Positions 8,149 to 14,968 of a stretch of DNA of 45,326 nt are shown one piece after another. This DNA comes from a virus: positions 1-45,326 of IMG/VR virus record IMGVR_UViG_3300012189_000003, one strand, 5' to 3'. The first letter of the stretch is position 1, and each line of letters opens with the position of its first letter. Made by a program: the position numbers and the translations under genes. The notes below the pieces were generated by a model that searched no databases, had not been told where the DNA came from, and was given only the letters and a program-made list of their open reading frames with translations.

Positions 8149-9030
8149 ATGTTATTGCAAGGCCAGGCGATTCCCGGGGTCTTCGACGGCAACCAATATA
8201 ACCTTAACCTGGTTCAGATAGAAGCAAGTTTTCTTGACATTGGCGGCTTCGTCATCAGCGGCTTAACCCTCTCCGCGGGAACCGGCCTCACGGTCGCGGT
8301 GGCAGCGGGCGTGGCCTCGATCGGCGGCCGAGTGAATATTCCCGCCCCGATCACGATCACGGGCCTCACCGATAACACTCTCAACCACTGCTACTTACTC
8401 AATACGGGCCTGGGCACCAGCAACACGACCGGGACCGCCCCCGCCAACTCCACGAAGCTGGGCACGGCGACCACGGCGGGCGGGGTCGTCTCCTCGGTGG
8501 CGCTGGGGCGGAACTCCGGCCGGCAGCAGTTCCGCCAACCGCAAGCGCTGATCCCGGGGGGCAGCGCGGCCGGGCCCGCTTCCGCCGGCCAGCCCGCCTC
8601 CCTCAACCTCGCCGGCTGGGCGGCGGCGGCTGCGGAAGGAGTACCTGTCTACGGGCTGCTGCCCGGGGGGGCGCTGACCCTACCGCTCAACCTCTCGGGC
8701 GGCAGCGCGCCCACGGCGGCCGCGGGGACCGCGGCGGGCGCCTCGCCGCCGGCCCCGGTCGTGGCGGCGGGCAGCAATGACGCGCGGGGCAAGATCACCT
8801 GGGGCACGGGGACGGGCGCCGGGGCCGGGGACACGGTGGACGTGACCCTCCACACGGCCCTCTCTGCCGCTCCGATCGTGCTCATCATCCCCACCAACGC
8901 GGCGACCGCCGGGCTCCTGCCCTATCTCGCCGCCGCCACCACGGCCGGCTTCAGTTTCGGAGCCGGTGCGGTGCCAGCGGACAGTCAGGCGAATACCGTC
9001 TATGCGTTTAATTACCTGGTGATCGGGTAA
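8149..9030 (+). CDS. Tail fibre-like protein (293 aa)
   Basis: Track ORF; GAGGTGAGG SD; Gly/Ala/Thr-rich low-complexity middle part with a beta-rich C-terminal domain; tail-region context. Confidence 0.65.
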   Translation: MLLQGQAIPGVFDGNQYNLNLVQIEASFLDIGGFVISGLTLSAGTGLTVAVAAGVASIGGRVNIPAPITITGLTDNTLNHCYLLNTGLGTSNTTGTAPANSTKLGTATTAGGVVSSVALGRNSGRQQFRQPQALIPGGSAAGPASAGQPASLNLAGWAAAAAEGVPVYGLLPGGALTLPLNLSGGSAPTAAAGTAAGASPPAPVVAAGSNDARGKITWGTGTGAGAGDTVDVTLHTALSAAPIVLIIPTNAATAGLLPYLAAATTAGFSFGAGAVPADSQANTVYAFNYLVIG

Positions 9031-9072
9031 AAGGGAGGGCCGCGAAAGACAACGGGGCGGCAAGGAGGACGG

Positions 9073-9267
9073 ATGGAGGAGGAAGAGGAACTGCTTCCCC
9101 GAGCGCCGCCGGAGTTCCAGTTCGACCCGCAGGCGCTTGCGGAGATCCTCCGCATTCTGCGGGCACTCCCGGAGAGCGAGCGAGCCGATACGCTTTCCCT
9201 GGTCATCCGGCGCTTCTTCGACGCCACCGAGCAACGTGAAACGGTGGAAAGGAACGGCACCCCATGA
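9073..9267 (+). CDS. Hypothetical protein (64 aa)
   Basis: Track ORF; AAGGAGGA SD 4 nt upstream. Confidence 0.55.
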   Translation: MEEEEELLPRAPPEFQFDPQALAEILRILRALPESERADTLSLVIRRFFDATEQRETVERNGTP

Positions 9268-9461
9268 GACGCGGCGCGAAGACGGGGGGAGCCCTAGCCC
9301 TCCTCTCGCCGGACTCCCTGCTGTCGCTCCGCCGGGCCGAGGCGGCGCGGCAGATCCTCCAGGTCCTCGACGCGCTGCCCCCGGCTCTTTCGGCCGGCAC
9401 ACTGGCCTGCGTCGTCTGGGCCCTGGCAAGAGAAACAGCGGCTGAAAGAGCAGCAGGTTGA
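9264..9461 (+). CDS. Hypothetical protein (65 aa)
   Basis: Track ORF; ATGA start/stop overlap with the upstream gene. Confidence 0.5.
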   Translation: MRRGAKTGGALALLSPDSLLSLRRAEAARQILQVLDALPPALSAGTLACVVWALARETAAERAAG

Positions 9462-9766
9462 AACCGCCTAGCCAACCGACCCGTTACGTGCCGCGCCGGG
9501 ACCCGCCGCCCATGACGGTGGACCGGCCAACGCCCGGCCTTTTCCTCCCGGCGCCGCTAGCCGATGCCGCGGCTGATGCGCAGGCAGCGCTCCGCTGCGT
9601 CCAGGCGCTACGGGCTGCCCTCACTCCCCCTGGGGCCGGTGCGCAGACACCCCTGCCCGCTGCCGCCAGTAATGCCGCGGAGGCGCTCGTGCTGGTCAAT
9701 GCGATCCGCGCGGCGCTGCTCACACTGGGGCTTTGCCAGACGCAGACGGACGGGAAGAAGAAATGA
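9458..9766 (+). CDS. Hypothetical Ala/Pro-rich protein (102 aa; TTG start, alternative ATG 9512)
   Basis: Track ORF; TTGA overlap with the upstream stop. Confidence 0.45.
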   Translation: MKPPSQPTRYVPRRDPPPMTVDRPTPGLFLPAPLADAAADAQAALRCVQALRAALTPPGAGAQTPLPAAASNAAEALVLVNAIRAALLTLGLCQTQTDGKKK

Positions 9767-9815
9767 AAGAGGGGGCTTCAGTGTCTTTCATGGCCCCTGC
9801 TCCTTTCTGTCTTTC
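9761..9815 (+). terminator. Putative terminator: hairpin followed by a T-rich tract
   Basis: ATGAAAGA (9761..9768) pairs with TCTTTCAT (9782..9789). An alternative GC stem GGGGC/GCCCC is possible. Followed by ctcctttctgtctttctattc. Confidence 0.35.
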
Positions 9816-9868
9816 TATTCAACACAGCAGGGGGTTTCTCCGCTGATAAGATAAGGTCGGTTGTAAAG

Positions 9869-10066
9869 ATGGCGTACGAAAAACCCCTCGCTGTGAACGT
9901 CCAGATCCAATGGGGCATCTGGGACGAGGACGGGAACCTGATCGGCGAGCGGATGGATACCGTCGAGCGCCTTTACTATCCCTTCGGCCACTCCCTCGAT
10001 GAGGCGCTCCGCCGCCGGGAGCGGGAGAAGGAAGGAGCGAGGCAGCGGAGCCCGTTGGACCGATGA
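9869..10066 (+). CDS. Hypothetical protein (65 aa)
   Basis: Track ORF with a protein-like composition. Confidence 0.5.
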   Translation: MAYEKPLAVNVQIQWGIWDEDGNLIGERMDTVERLYYPFGHSLDEALRRREREKEGARQRSPLDR

Positions 10067-10299
10067 CGGTGCGCGCCTACGTTTCCGCTGACGGCGAAGT
10101 CCTCTCCAACAAGGAGTATCCGGTGAAAAGCCCGCTGCTACTGATCCCGGTTTACCCGCCGGCGGGGACCGCGGTAGCCGTCGAAGCAGCGTCGGTGCGC
10201 GAGATCACGGACAGTCACTTGCAGTGGCAGGTCTATAAGGCCATCACGGTGACTATCCCCGACGGGTTCCTTACCCCCGTCGCGGGACTGATCCGCTGA
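10063..10299 (+). CDS. Hypothetical protein (78 aa)
   Basis: Track ORF; ATGA overlap with the upstream gene. Confidence 0.5.
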   Translation: MTVRAYVSADGEVLSNKEYPVKSPLLLIPVYPPAGTAVAVEAASVREITDSHLQWQVYKAITVTIPDGFLTPVAGLIR

Positions 10300-11075
10300 T
10301 GCTCCTGCACCAACGCCTGCCCTTCCTGCGCAGCCTTGTTCCTCCCGAGCCCTCCTGGCGCGGCACCGGCGCGATCCGCCTCACGCGGGATTGGCGCGAC
10401 CGGTCGCTCTTGGCGCTGCCCCACGTCGCCGCGCAACTGGCGGCCGGTGTGCCGGAGAGCGATACCGGGCTGCTGGCTAAGATCGGCTCGCCCCTCTACA
10501 ATCAAAACGGCTTAGAGGCATGCGTCGCCTACAGCACCTGCGCGGTGGCCTCGCTCGACCTGGTCCGGCAGGGCCTGGCGTGGGGCCTGTTCGACGCTGC
10601 GGCGCTCTACGCGGAGAACGGGGGCGACGGGCGCGAGGGGGTCGATCCCCGGCGGGTCTTGAAGGATGTCGTAGAGAACGGCTTTCCCCGGAGTACGGGG
10701 CTGCGGGCGCGGCTGGTGGACGCCTACGCCTTCGCGCCCCAGGTCCCCGGAGCCTTCCGCCAGGCTCTGAAAGCGGCGCTGGCGGCCGGGCAGCCCTGTG
10801 TGGTCGCCATGCTGCTGCCCTCGCCCTTCGGGTATGAGAGCGGAATGACCCCGACCGCCGCCTATCACCAGGTCTGCGCGGTGGCGTATGAGCCTGAGTG
10901 GCTCTGGGTCCTCAACAGTTGGGGCGACGACTGGCCCGAGCCCGGGGCGCCCGGGCTCGGGAGAGTGAAGTGGGACTTCCTGGAGGGGCACGAGCTGCAG
11001 GCCGGGTACTGTTACGCCTACACGACGACGGCTGCGGCAGCGGTCATTTCCCCGCCGGTCCTTCCTCCTCCCTAG
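10299..11075 (+). CDS. Papain-like (C1 family) cysteine peptidase (258 aa)
   Basis: Catalytic-type motifs in canonical order: NQNGLEACVAYS (Gln..Cys), HQVCAVAYE (His), VLNSWGDDW (Asn-Ser-Trp). Start coupled to the upstream stop (TGATG). Confidence 0.75.
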   Translation: MLLHQRLPFLRSLVPPEPSWRGTGAIRLTRDWRDRSLLALPHVAAQLAAGVPESDTGLLAKIGSPLYNQNGLEACVAYSTCAVASLDLVRQGLAWGLFDAAALYAENGGDGREGVDPRRVLKDVVENGFPRSTGLRARLVDAYAFAPQVPGAFRQALKAALAAGQPCVVAMLLPSPFGYESGMTPTAAYHQVCAVAYEPEWLWVLNSWGDDWPEPGAPGLGRVKWDFLEGHELQAGYCYAYTTTAAAAVISPPVLPPP

Positions 11076-11277
11076 ATTCCCGCTCTTTCAGCAGGCAGCG
11101 GGCCCGGTCGAAGAGAACCGCCAGCTCGGCCGCCGAGGTTTCGCGGCAGAGGTACTCGAAGACCGCCCGCTGGCACTCCTCGCAAACGGCGACCTGCGTG
11201 CCTCCGTAGGCTTCAGGTCCCGCGTAAATCAGCAGCGAGGCTTTTTCTTTTTCACAGCAAAAGCAGCGGCGGTTCAT
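11044..11277 (-). CDS. Small zinc-ribbon protein (77 aa)
   Basis: CFCCEK...VCEECQ Cys4 pattern; GGGGAGAG SD; overlaps the peptidase 3' end by 32 nt. Confidence 0.6.
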   Translation of the reverse strand: MNRRCFCCEKEKASLLIYAGPEAYGGTQVAVCEECQRAVFEYLCRETSAAELAVLFDRARCLLKERESREEEGPAGK

Positions 11278-11292
11278 CCAGCTCTCCCCACG

Positions 11293-11342
11293 GCCGCGGC
11301 CGCGGTCATTTCCCCGCCGGTTCTGCCGCCTCCCTACTCTCT
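11293..11342 (+). repeat. Ghost copy of the peptidase gene 3' end (matches 11031..11080)
   Basis: 39 of the first 44 nt are identical. All 5 differences are synonymous in the peptidase frame (AAAAVISPPVLPPP conserved). Confidence 0.75.
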
Positions 11343-11755
11343 CCCACGCCGGATACGGAGGCCGATTTTTTCACTTTCGCAGCCACGAGTTTTCGGTCAG
11401 AAGGCGTTTGCAGCGGTGGGACGATACCGTCCATGTTCAGGACGCCGTAGTTGAACTCCAGCGGAAATCCTGCCCGCCAGGGTTGGCTGCAGCGATCCCA
11501 ACAAGCAGGGCAGAGATCGATCCAGAAAACGACGGCGGAGAACTGCTTGAGGTCGATCTCGGCTTCCGGCTTTTCGCGGAGCTTTCGCTTGCGGTAGTTA
11601 GTAAAGCGCCGACCGGTCCGTTCCTCCCAGAGGGTCTTCCAGTAAGAGTAGGGTTCTTGGAAGCTGAAACGGCATTCGTGGAGGGGCGGGCTCTCTCTTT
11701 TGCAGCGGTCACACTGGCGCTGGCGCGGATCCAGCGAGAGTCTTCTTGATTTCAG
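11306..11755 (-). CDS. Unlisted Cys/Trp-rich protein (about 149 aa) with no ATG/GTG/TTG start; probable CTG start
   Basis: Minus frame is open from just below an in-frame TGA to TGA 11308..11306. AAGGAGG (11770..11764) lies 8 nt before CTG (11755..11753). Translation LKSRRLSLDPRQRQCDRCKRESPPLHECRFSFQEPYSYWKTLWEE...CPACWDRC is protein-like. Confidence 0.55.
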   Translation of the reverse strand: MKSRRLSLDPRQRQCDRCKRESPPLHECRFSFQEPYSYWKTLWEERTGRRFTNYRKRKLREKPEAEIDLKQFSAVVFWIDLCPACWDRCSQPWRAGFPLEFNYGVLNMDGIVPPLQTPSDRKLVAAKVKKSASVSGVGESREAAEPAGK

Positions 11756-11791
11756 CCGTGGGTCCTCCTTCTCTCCTCTTCGCCGCCGCCG

Positions 11792-11800
11792 TGATACAAT
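11792..11800 (+). promoter_or_regulatory. Extended -10 promoter element TGaTACAAT
   Basis: TGATACAAT read at 11792..11800, upstream of gene 11888..12340, in a divergent intergenic region. Confidence 0.4.
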
Positions 11801-11887
11801 CCTTCAGTCTGTGTGTCCTCCAAGCGCCAGACCCGCCGGGGAGCGCCAACCCTCCCCGGCGTCAATCTTCCCCCCGCTCTGTTCCCC

Positions 11888-12340
11888 ATGCAGGAACTTC
11901 CCGCCTGGATCAGCGAACGGAAAGCCATGATCAAAGAGATCCGCACCGTCCCGAAGAAGACGACCCTCGCCCTCCGGATCGAAGGAAGGCTTGAAGAGTT
12001 CGTCCTCGAGTACCCCGTCGTCTGGCGGCACCTGGTGGAACATGAGCCGCTCATGACCGCCTTCGCCCACCCCGACGGACGGCGGGTGGTGGCCTCGGTG
12101 AAGGAAGAAGCGGACGGCCATCGCTGGCTCCACGTCTCCGTGTCCCGGCGCGACCGGCTGCCCTCCTACCAGGACCTGGCGGACGTGAAAGCCGCCTTCA
12201 TCGGGGAAGACCGGGACGCGCTGCAGTTGTTTCCCCGGCGGGCCGCGCATGTCAATCACATGCCGACGACCCTCCATCTTTGGTGCTGCCTCGACGCGCG
12301 GCCCCTGCCGGATTTTCGCACTCCCGACGGGCTCGTCTAG
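11888..12340 (+). CDS. Conserved-looking phage protein (150 aa)
   Basis: Internal ATG of track ORF 11813..12340. The pattern HRWLHVSVSRRDRLPSYQDL...LHLW recalls a recurrent phage family of unknown function (from memory only). Confidence 0.6.
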   Translation: MQELPAWISERKAMIKEIRTVPKKTTLALRIEGRLEEFVLEYPVVWRHLVEHEPLMTAFAHPDGRRVVASVKEEADGHRWLHVSVSRRDRLPSYQDLADVKAAFIGEDRDALQLFPRRAAHVNHMPTTLHLWCCLDARPLPDFRTPDGLV

Positions 12341-12879
12341 CTTTCCTCCCAGAGGCTCAATTGCGAACGCAGCGGCGGGAGCGGTCCCGGCATGGCTTCC
12401 GGGAGCAGCTGCAGCGCGCGCTTCCCGTCTTTACACGCGCCGCAGACGACAAACCCCGCGCCTAAGAAACAGCGGCCCGGGTCGCGCTTGTGCCGCACGG
12501 CCGACGGGTCGACGAACGTCACCATGCCCAAAGCCGGCGGCTCGCCAAACCGCCAGCGGCTGATAGCGACGGCCTCACGGATCAACTCACTGGACAAGAC
12601 GCCACTCTCATTGCGGAAGATCGAGCAGAGCCAGGCGCCGCCCCAAGCGTGCTTGACAAACTCGGCGTAGGGCCAGGACGTTCCCCAGACCGCGCCGGGT
12701 GCCCAAAGGACCAGACAGCGGCCCGGGGGCATGAACTGGGGCGTGCCGGATTTCTGCCGGCTATAGTGCCGATCTGCGAGCGCCCCGGCTTTTGCATCTC
12801 CCCGGTGACTCAGATACCACCGCCGCTCGTCTGGCAGGCATTCCTTGCCTTCGCTTGCTCTCTTTTCCGCGTTGGGCAT
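12337..12879 (-). CDS. Conserved-looking phage protein (180 aa; alternative start 12894)
   Basis: Track ORF 12337..12894; GAGGGA SD 7 nt before ATG 12879; motifs ADRHYSRQ, CSIFRNE, SSELIREA. Confidence 0.6.
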   Translation of the reverse strand: MPNAEKRASEGKECLPDERRWYLSHRGDAKAGALADRHYSRQKSGTPQFMPPGRCLVLWAPGAVWGTSWPYAEFVKHAWGGAWLCSIFRNESGVLSSELIREAVAISRWRFGEPPALGMVTFVDPSAVRHKRDPGRCFLGAGFVVCGACKDGKRALQLLPEAMPGPLPPLRSQLSLWEES

Positions 12880-12948
12880 CCGACAATCCCTCATGATCGC
12901 GGTGGGGGATGAGCGTCTTGCTCCGGGTGCCTCCGCCCCTCACTGCGG

Positions 12949-12988
12949 TTTCAGCCGCATGCGGCTGAAAGCCGGTAGGGCCCCTACC
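12949..12988. repeat. Two adjacent palindromes in a divergent intergenic region
   Basis: Perfect 22-bp palindrome TTTCAGCCGCATGCGGCTGAAA (12949..12970), then GGTAGGGcCCCTACC (12974..12988). Confidence 0.8.
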
Positions 12989-13030
12989 CTTCCCGCCTTT
13001 GCCAGGAGAGGCCCTGCCGGAGCTTTTGCC

Positions 13031-13282
13031 ATGCTAACTAGTATCATCGCCGGCCTGGCCGCGCTCATCTCGATCCTGACGTTCGTATCCGGGCAGCTCG
13101 CGCTGCGGAACTCGGCGCGGCTGTCCGTCATCCATGCCCTCGAGGAGCGGGTCAAGGAGCTGGAGGCCAAGGTCCTGCACCTGGAAATGAGGGAGCAGGA
13201 GCTGTTGGGCGAGAAGCTGACGCTGATGGAGCGCTTACTTGGGGTTACTTATAGAGCGCCTATTTCTTCGGGTCAGGGGTGA
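13031..13282 (+). CDS. N-terminally membrane-anchored coiled-coil protein (83 aa), possible lysis accessory
   Basis: Internal ATG 13031 of track ORF 12845..13282; TM LTSIIAGLAALISILTFVSG followed by heptad-like EERVKELEAKVLHLEMREQELL. Confidence 0.55.
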   Translation: MLTSIIAGLAALISILTFVSGQLALRNSARLSVIHALEERVKELEAKVLHLEMREQELLGEKLTLMERLLGVTYRAPISSGQG

Positions 13283-13358
13283 GGGGTGAGGGATCAGGGG
13301 CCAGGAAAGTCTTTCGACTCCGACCCTGACCCCTGACCCCTGACCCCTCCCCCCTGAC
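13270..13358. repeat. G-tract/C-tract imperfect inverted repeat (element 1), homologous to 38268..38400
   Basis: Left arm GGGTCAGGGGTGAGGGGTGAGGGATCAGGGGCCAGG; right arm CCGACCCTGACCCCTGACCCCTGACCCCTCCCC; four G-runs at 13276..13300. Confidence 0.85.
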
Positions 13359-13372
13359 TAAAAGAGGGACTG

Positions 13373-13657
13373 ATGAAGAACAACCGCCGCCGCCCCCTGG
13401 CCCGCGACCTCCCCGAGGAACTCCCTTACGTCGCCCGGGATGGCTTCCCTGTCTTCCCCCGGCCGCCGGTGGAAACTCCGGGCGTCTCCTGGTCTACTCT
13501 GCTGGCGTACGGACCCACCCTGGAAGCCTTCATTACCCAGGCCATGGCGTTCAAAACCCTGGCGGTGGGCGCCAGCGGGAACTTCGGCCCGGTGATCACC
13601 CACCTCCCCGATAAGCATGAGTACGAGATCCGCTTCCTCGTCAGCCGGAAAAAGTAA
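13373..13657 (+). CDS. Hypothetical protein (94 aa)
   Basis: Track ORF; AGAGGGA SD. Confidence 0.55.
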   Translation: MKNNRRRPLARDLPEELPYVARDGFPVFPRPPVETPGVSWSTLLAYGPTLEAFITQAMAFKTLAVGASGNFGPVITHLPDKHEYEIRFLVSRKK

Positions 13658-14124
13658 TGCACCCGAAAGACTTACATTTGATCTGCACCGCCCGCGAGGA
13701 CAGTCTCAGGCTTTACAGCGGGAGCGGCACGCTGCTGCTGCGCTGCGAAGCCCGGAATAAGACCGTGCGGGACGGGCAGTATGGGCACTGGGGGAACTGT
13801 CCTCCCGGCGAGTTCATGCTCGCTCCCCCCCAGCATGAGAACACAGCGGCCTTCGGGAAGTGGTTTATCCCGATCCGGGACATGGGCCCGCACGGACCCA
13901 TGGCGCGGTATGGGCGGCAGGGCATCGGCCTCCACGGAGGGGGATCGGACCTTCCCAACCCGTTCGCCCCCTGGCAAGGTTGGGAAGTGACCGAGGGCTG
14001 CTGGCGCCTGCAAAATGCCGACCTCGAACAGATCGTGATCCTCCTCAACGGCTGCTTCGCGGCGGGCGCGCACGCGTGGTTGACCGTGGTCGCGCGGGCG
14101 CCGGCTGCGGCAGAGCCAGAGTAG
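13657..14124 (+). CDS. YkuD-fold (L,D-transpeptidase-like) cell-wall enzyme (155 aa)
   Basis: Motif GIGLHGGG...(17 aa)...TEGCWRLQNADLEQI matches the H-x(n)-[ST]-x-G-C-x-R-x-x-N-x-D signature of YkuD catalytic domains. Confidence 0.65.
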   Translation: MHPKDLHLICTAREDSLRLYSGSGTLLLRCEARNKTVRDGQYGHWGNCPPGEFMLAPPQHENTAAFGKWFIPIRDMGPHGPMARYGRQGIGLHGGGSDLPNPFAPWQGWEVTEGCWRLQNADLEQIVILLNGCFAAGAHAWLTVVARAPAAAEPE

Positions 14125-14365
14125 CAGCGGCGACCGGCGCCGGCTCGGGCAGCGGAACCCGCCGCGACTGCGACAGCGCTTGTGTCAGCCCGGCATCCGT
14201 TTCGGCCGCATAGAGGCGCACGCCGAGCCATTCCGGGCAGCCGCCGGGATGAGTCTCCTCGTTGATGACCAGGACCCCGCCCTCTGAGAGCTCATTCAGC
14301 TCGTCCTCATTCAAGCCAACGGTCAGCTCCCACCAGGGACCGGCGCGGCGCAGTGAAGTAAGCAT
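14045..14365 (-). CDS. Hypothetical protein (106 aa); the 3' tail runs antisense into 13657..14124
   Basis: Internal ATG 14365 of track ORF 14045..14635 (TGATG coupling). The N-terminal 60 aa look protein-like; the tail is low complexity. Confidence 0.45.
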   Translation of the reverse strand: MLTSLRRAGPWWELTVGLNEDELNELSEGGVLVINEETHPGGCPEWLGVRLYAAETDAGLTQALSQSRRVPLPEPAPVAAATLALPQPAPARPRSTTRARPPRSSR

Positions 14366-14619
14366 CAGTAACCCTCCCAGCCCTTGAGGGGCTTTTTGAC
14401 GCCGGCCAACTTCTTTTCCCAGGCCAGTGCCCAGCGGTGCGGGTCTTGCTCCGCGTCGGTGCGCTCGTCCCCGGAACCCAGGAGGACCGAGCGCACGCCG
14501 GGGAGAGAAGAGACCATGCGGACGCAGCGGTCCCGCGCGATCAACGAGCCGCCGAGCCGCTCCCAGTGCGTGCGCCAGCCGCCGAGCACCATGACAGTCC
14601 AGTAAGGTTCTTCGATCAC
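14365..14619 (-). CDS. Hypothetical protein (84 aa), GTG start
   Basis: GGGAGG just upstream of GTG 14619, within track ORF 14365..14718; first gene downstream of the minus-strand promoter at 14663..14634. Confidence 0.5.
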   Translation of the reverse strand: MIEEPYWTVMVLGGWRTHWERLGGSLIARDRCVRMVSSLPGVRSVLLGSGDERTDAEQDPHRWALAWEKKLAGVKKPLKGWEGY

Positions 14620-14633
14620 CGCCTCCCGTCTGC

Positions 14634-14700
14634 ATGATACCACTCCGGCTAGGGGGCTGTCAACTTTTAATTGACAGCCGGCCACGCCCCGGAGTAAAAT
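14634..14700. promoter_or_regulatory. Divergent promoter pair sharing the palindrome CTGTCAACTTTTAATTGACAG
   Basis: Plus strand: TTGACA (14671..14676), 18 nt, TAAAAT (14695..14700). Minus strand: TTGACA (14663..14658), 18 nt, TATCAT (14639..14634). The palindrome 14657..14677 contains both -35 boxes. Confidence 0.7.
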
Positions 14701-14719
14701 GAAGGCAAGGAGGATCACG

Positions 14720-14968
14720 ATGGAGAGCTACACTTTAGGCACGGCGGCGGTCCGTCGCGCGCTCCGGGACGAACCCCCGCCGGCCCCGCAATATCTCTCC
14801 GGCCCGGAGACGGCGCGGCTCAAAAGCGTCACCCGGCAGGCGGTCAGCATGGCGATCCAGGCGGGGCGGCTCCCCGCTCTGCGGCAAGGTCGCTGCTACC
14901 GCATCAAGAAGAGCGACGCGCTCTTGTGGCAGCCGCGGCAGCGAAAGCGAGGCAGAGATGAGCGTTGA
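14720..14968 (+). CDS. Excisionase/MerR-like HTH DNA-binding protein (82 aa)
   Basis: AGGAGG 7 nt before ATG 14720. The pattern YLSGPETARLKSVTRQAVSMAIQAGRLPALRQGRCYRIKKSDALLW is typical of excisionase-family HTH proteins. Confidence 0.65.
   Translation: MESYTLGTAAVRRALRDEPPPAPQYLSGPETARLKSVTRQAVSMAIQAGRLPALRQGRCYRIKKSDALLWQPRQRKRGRDER

Noticed and set aside
7526-8160. Target-site duplication around the first HNH gene (ATGTTACTG at 7535 versus ATGTTATTG at 8149)
   Set aside because: Only about 8 of 9 nt match. That is too short to distinguish from chance, unlike the 27-290-nt ghosts elsewhere.
14720-14968. Lysogeny module (excisionase implies integrase)
   Set aside because: No tyrosine or serine recombinase-sized ORF or motif was found in any frame. 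The excisionase-like HTH is more likely a transcriptional regulator. Lifestyle cannot be decided from the sequence alone.
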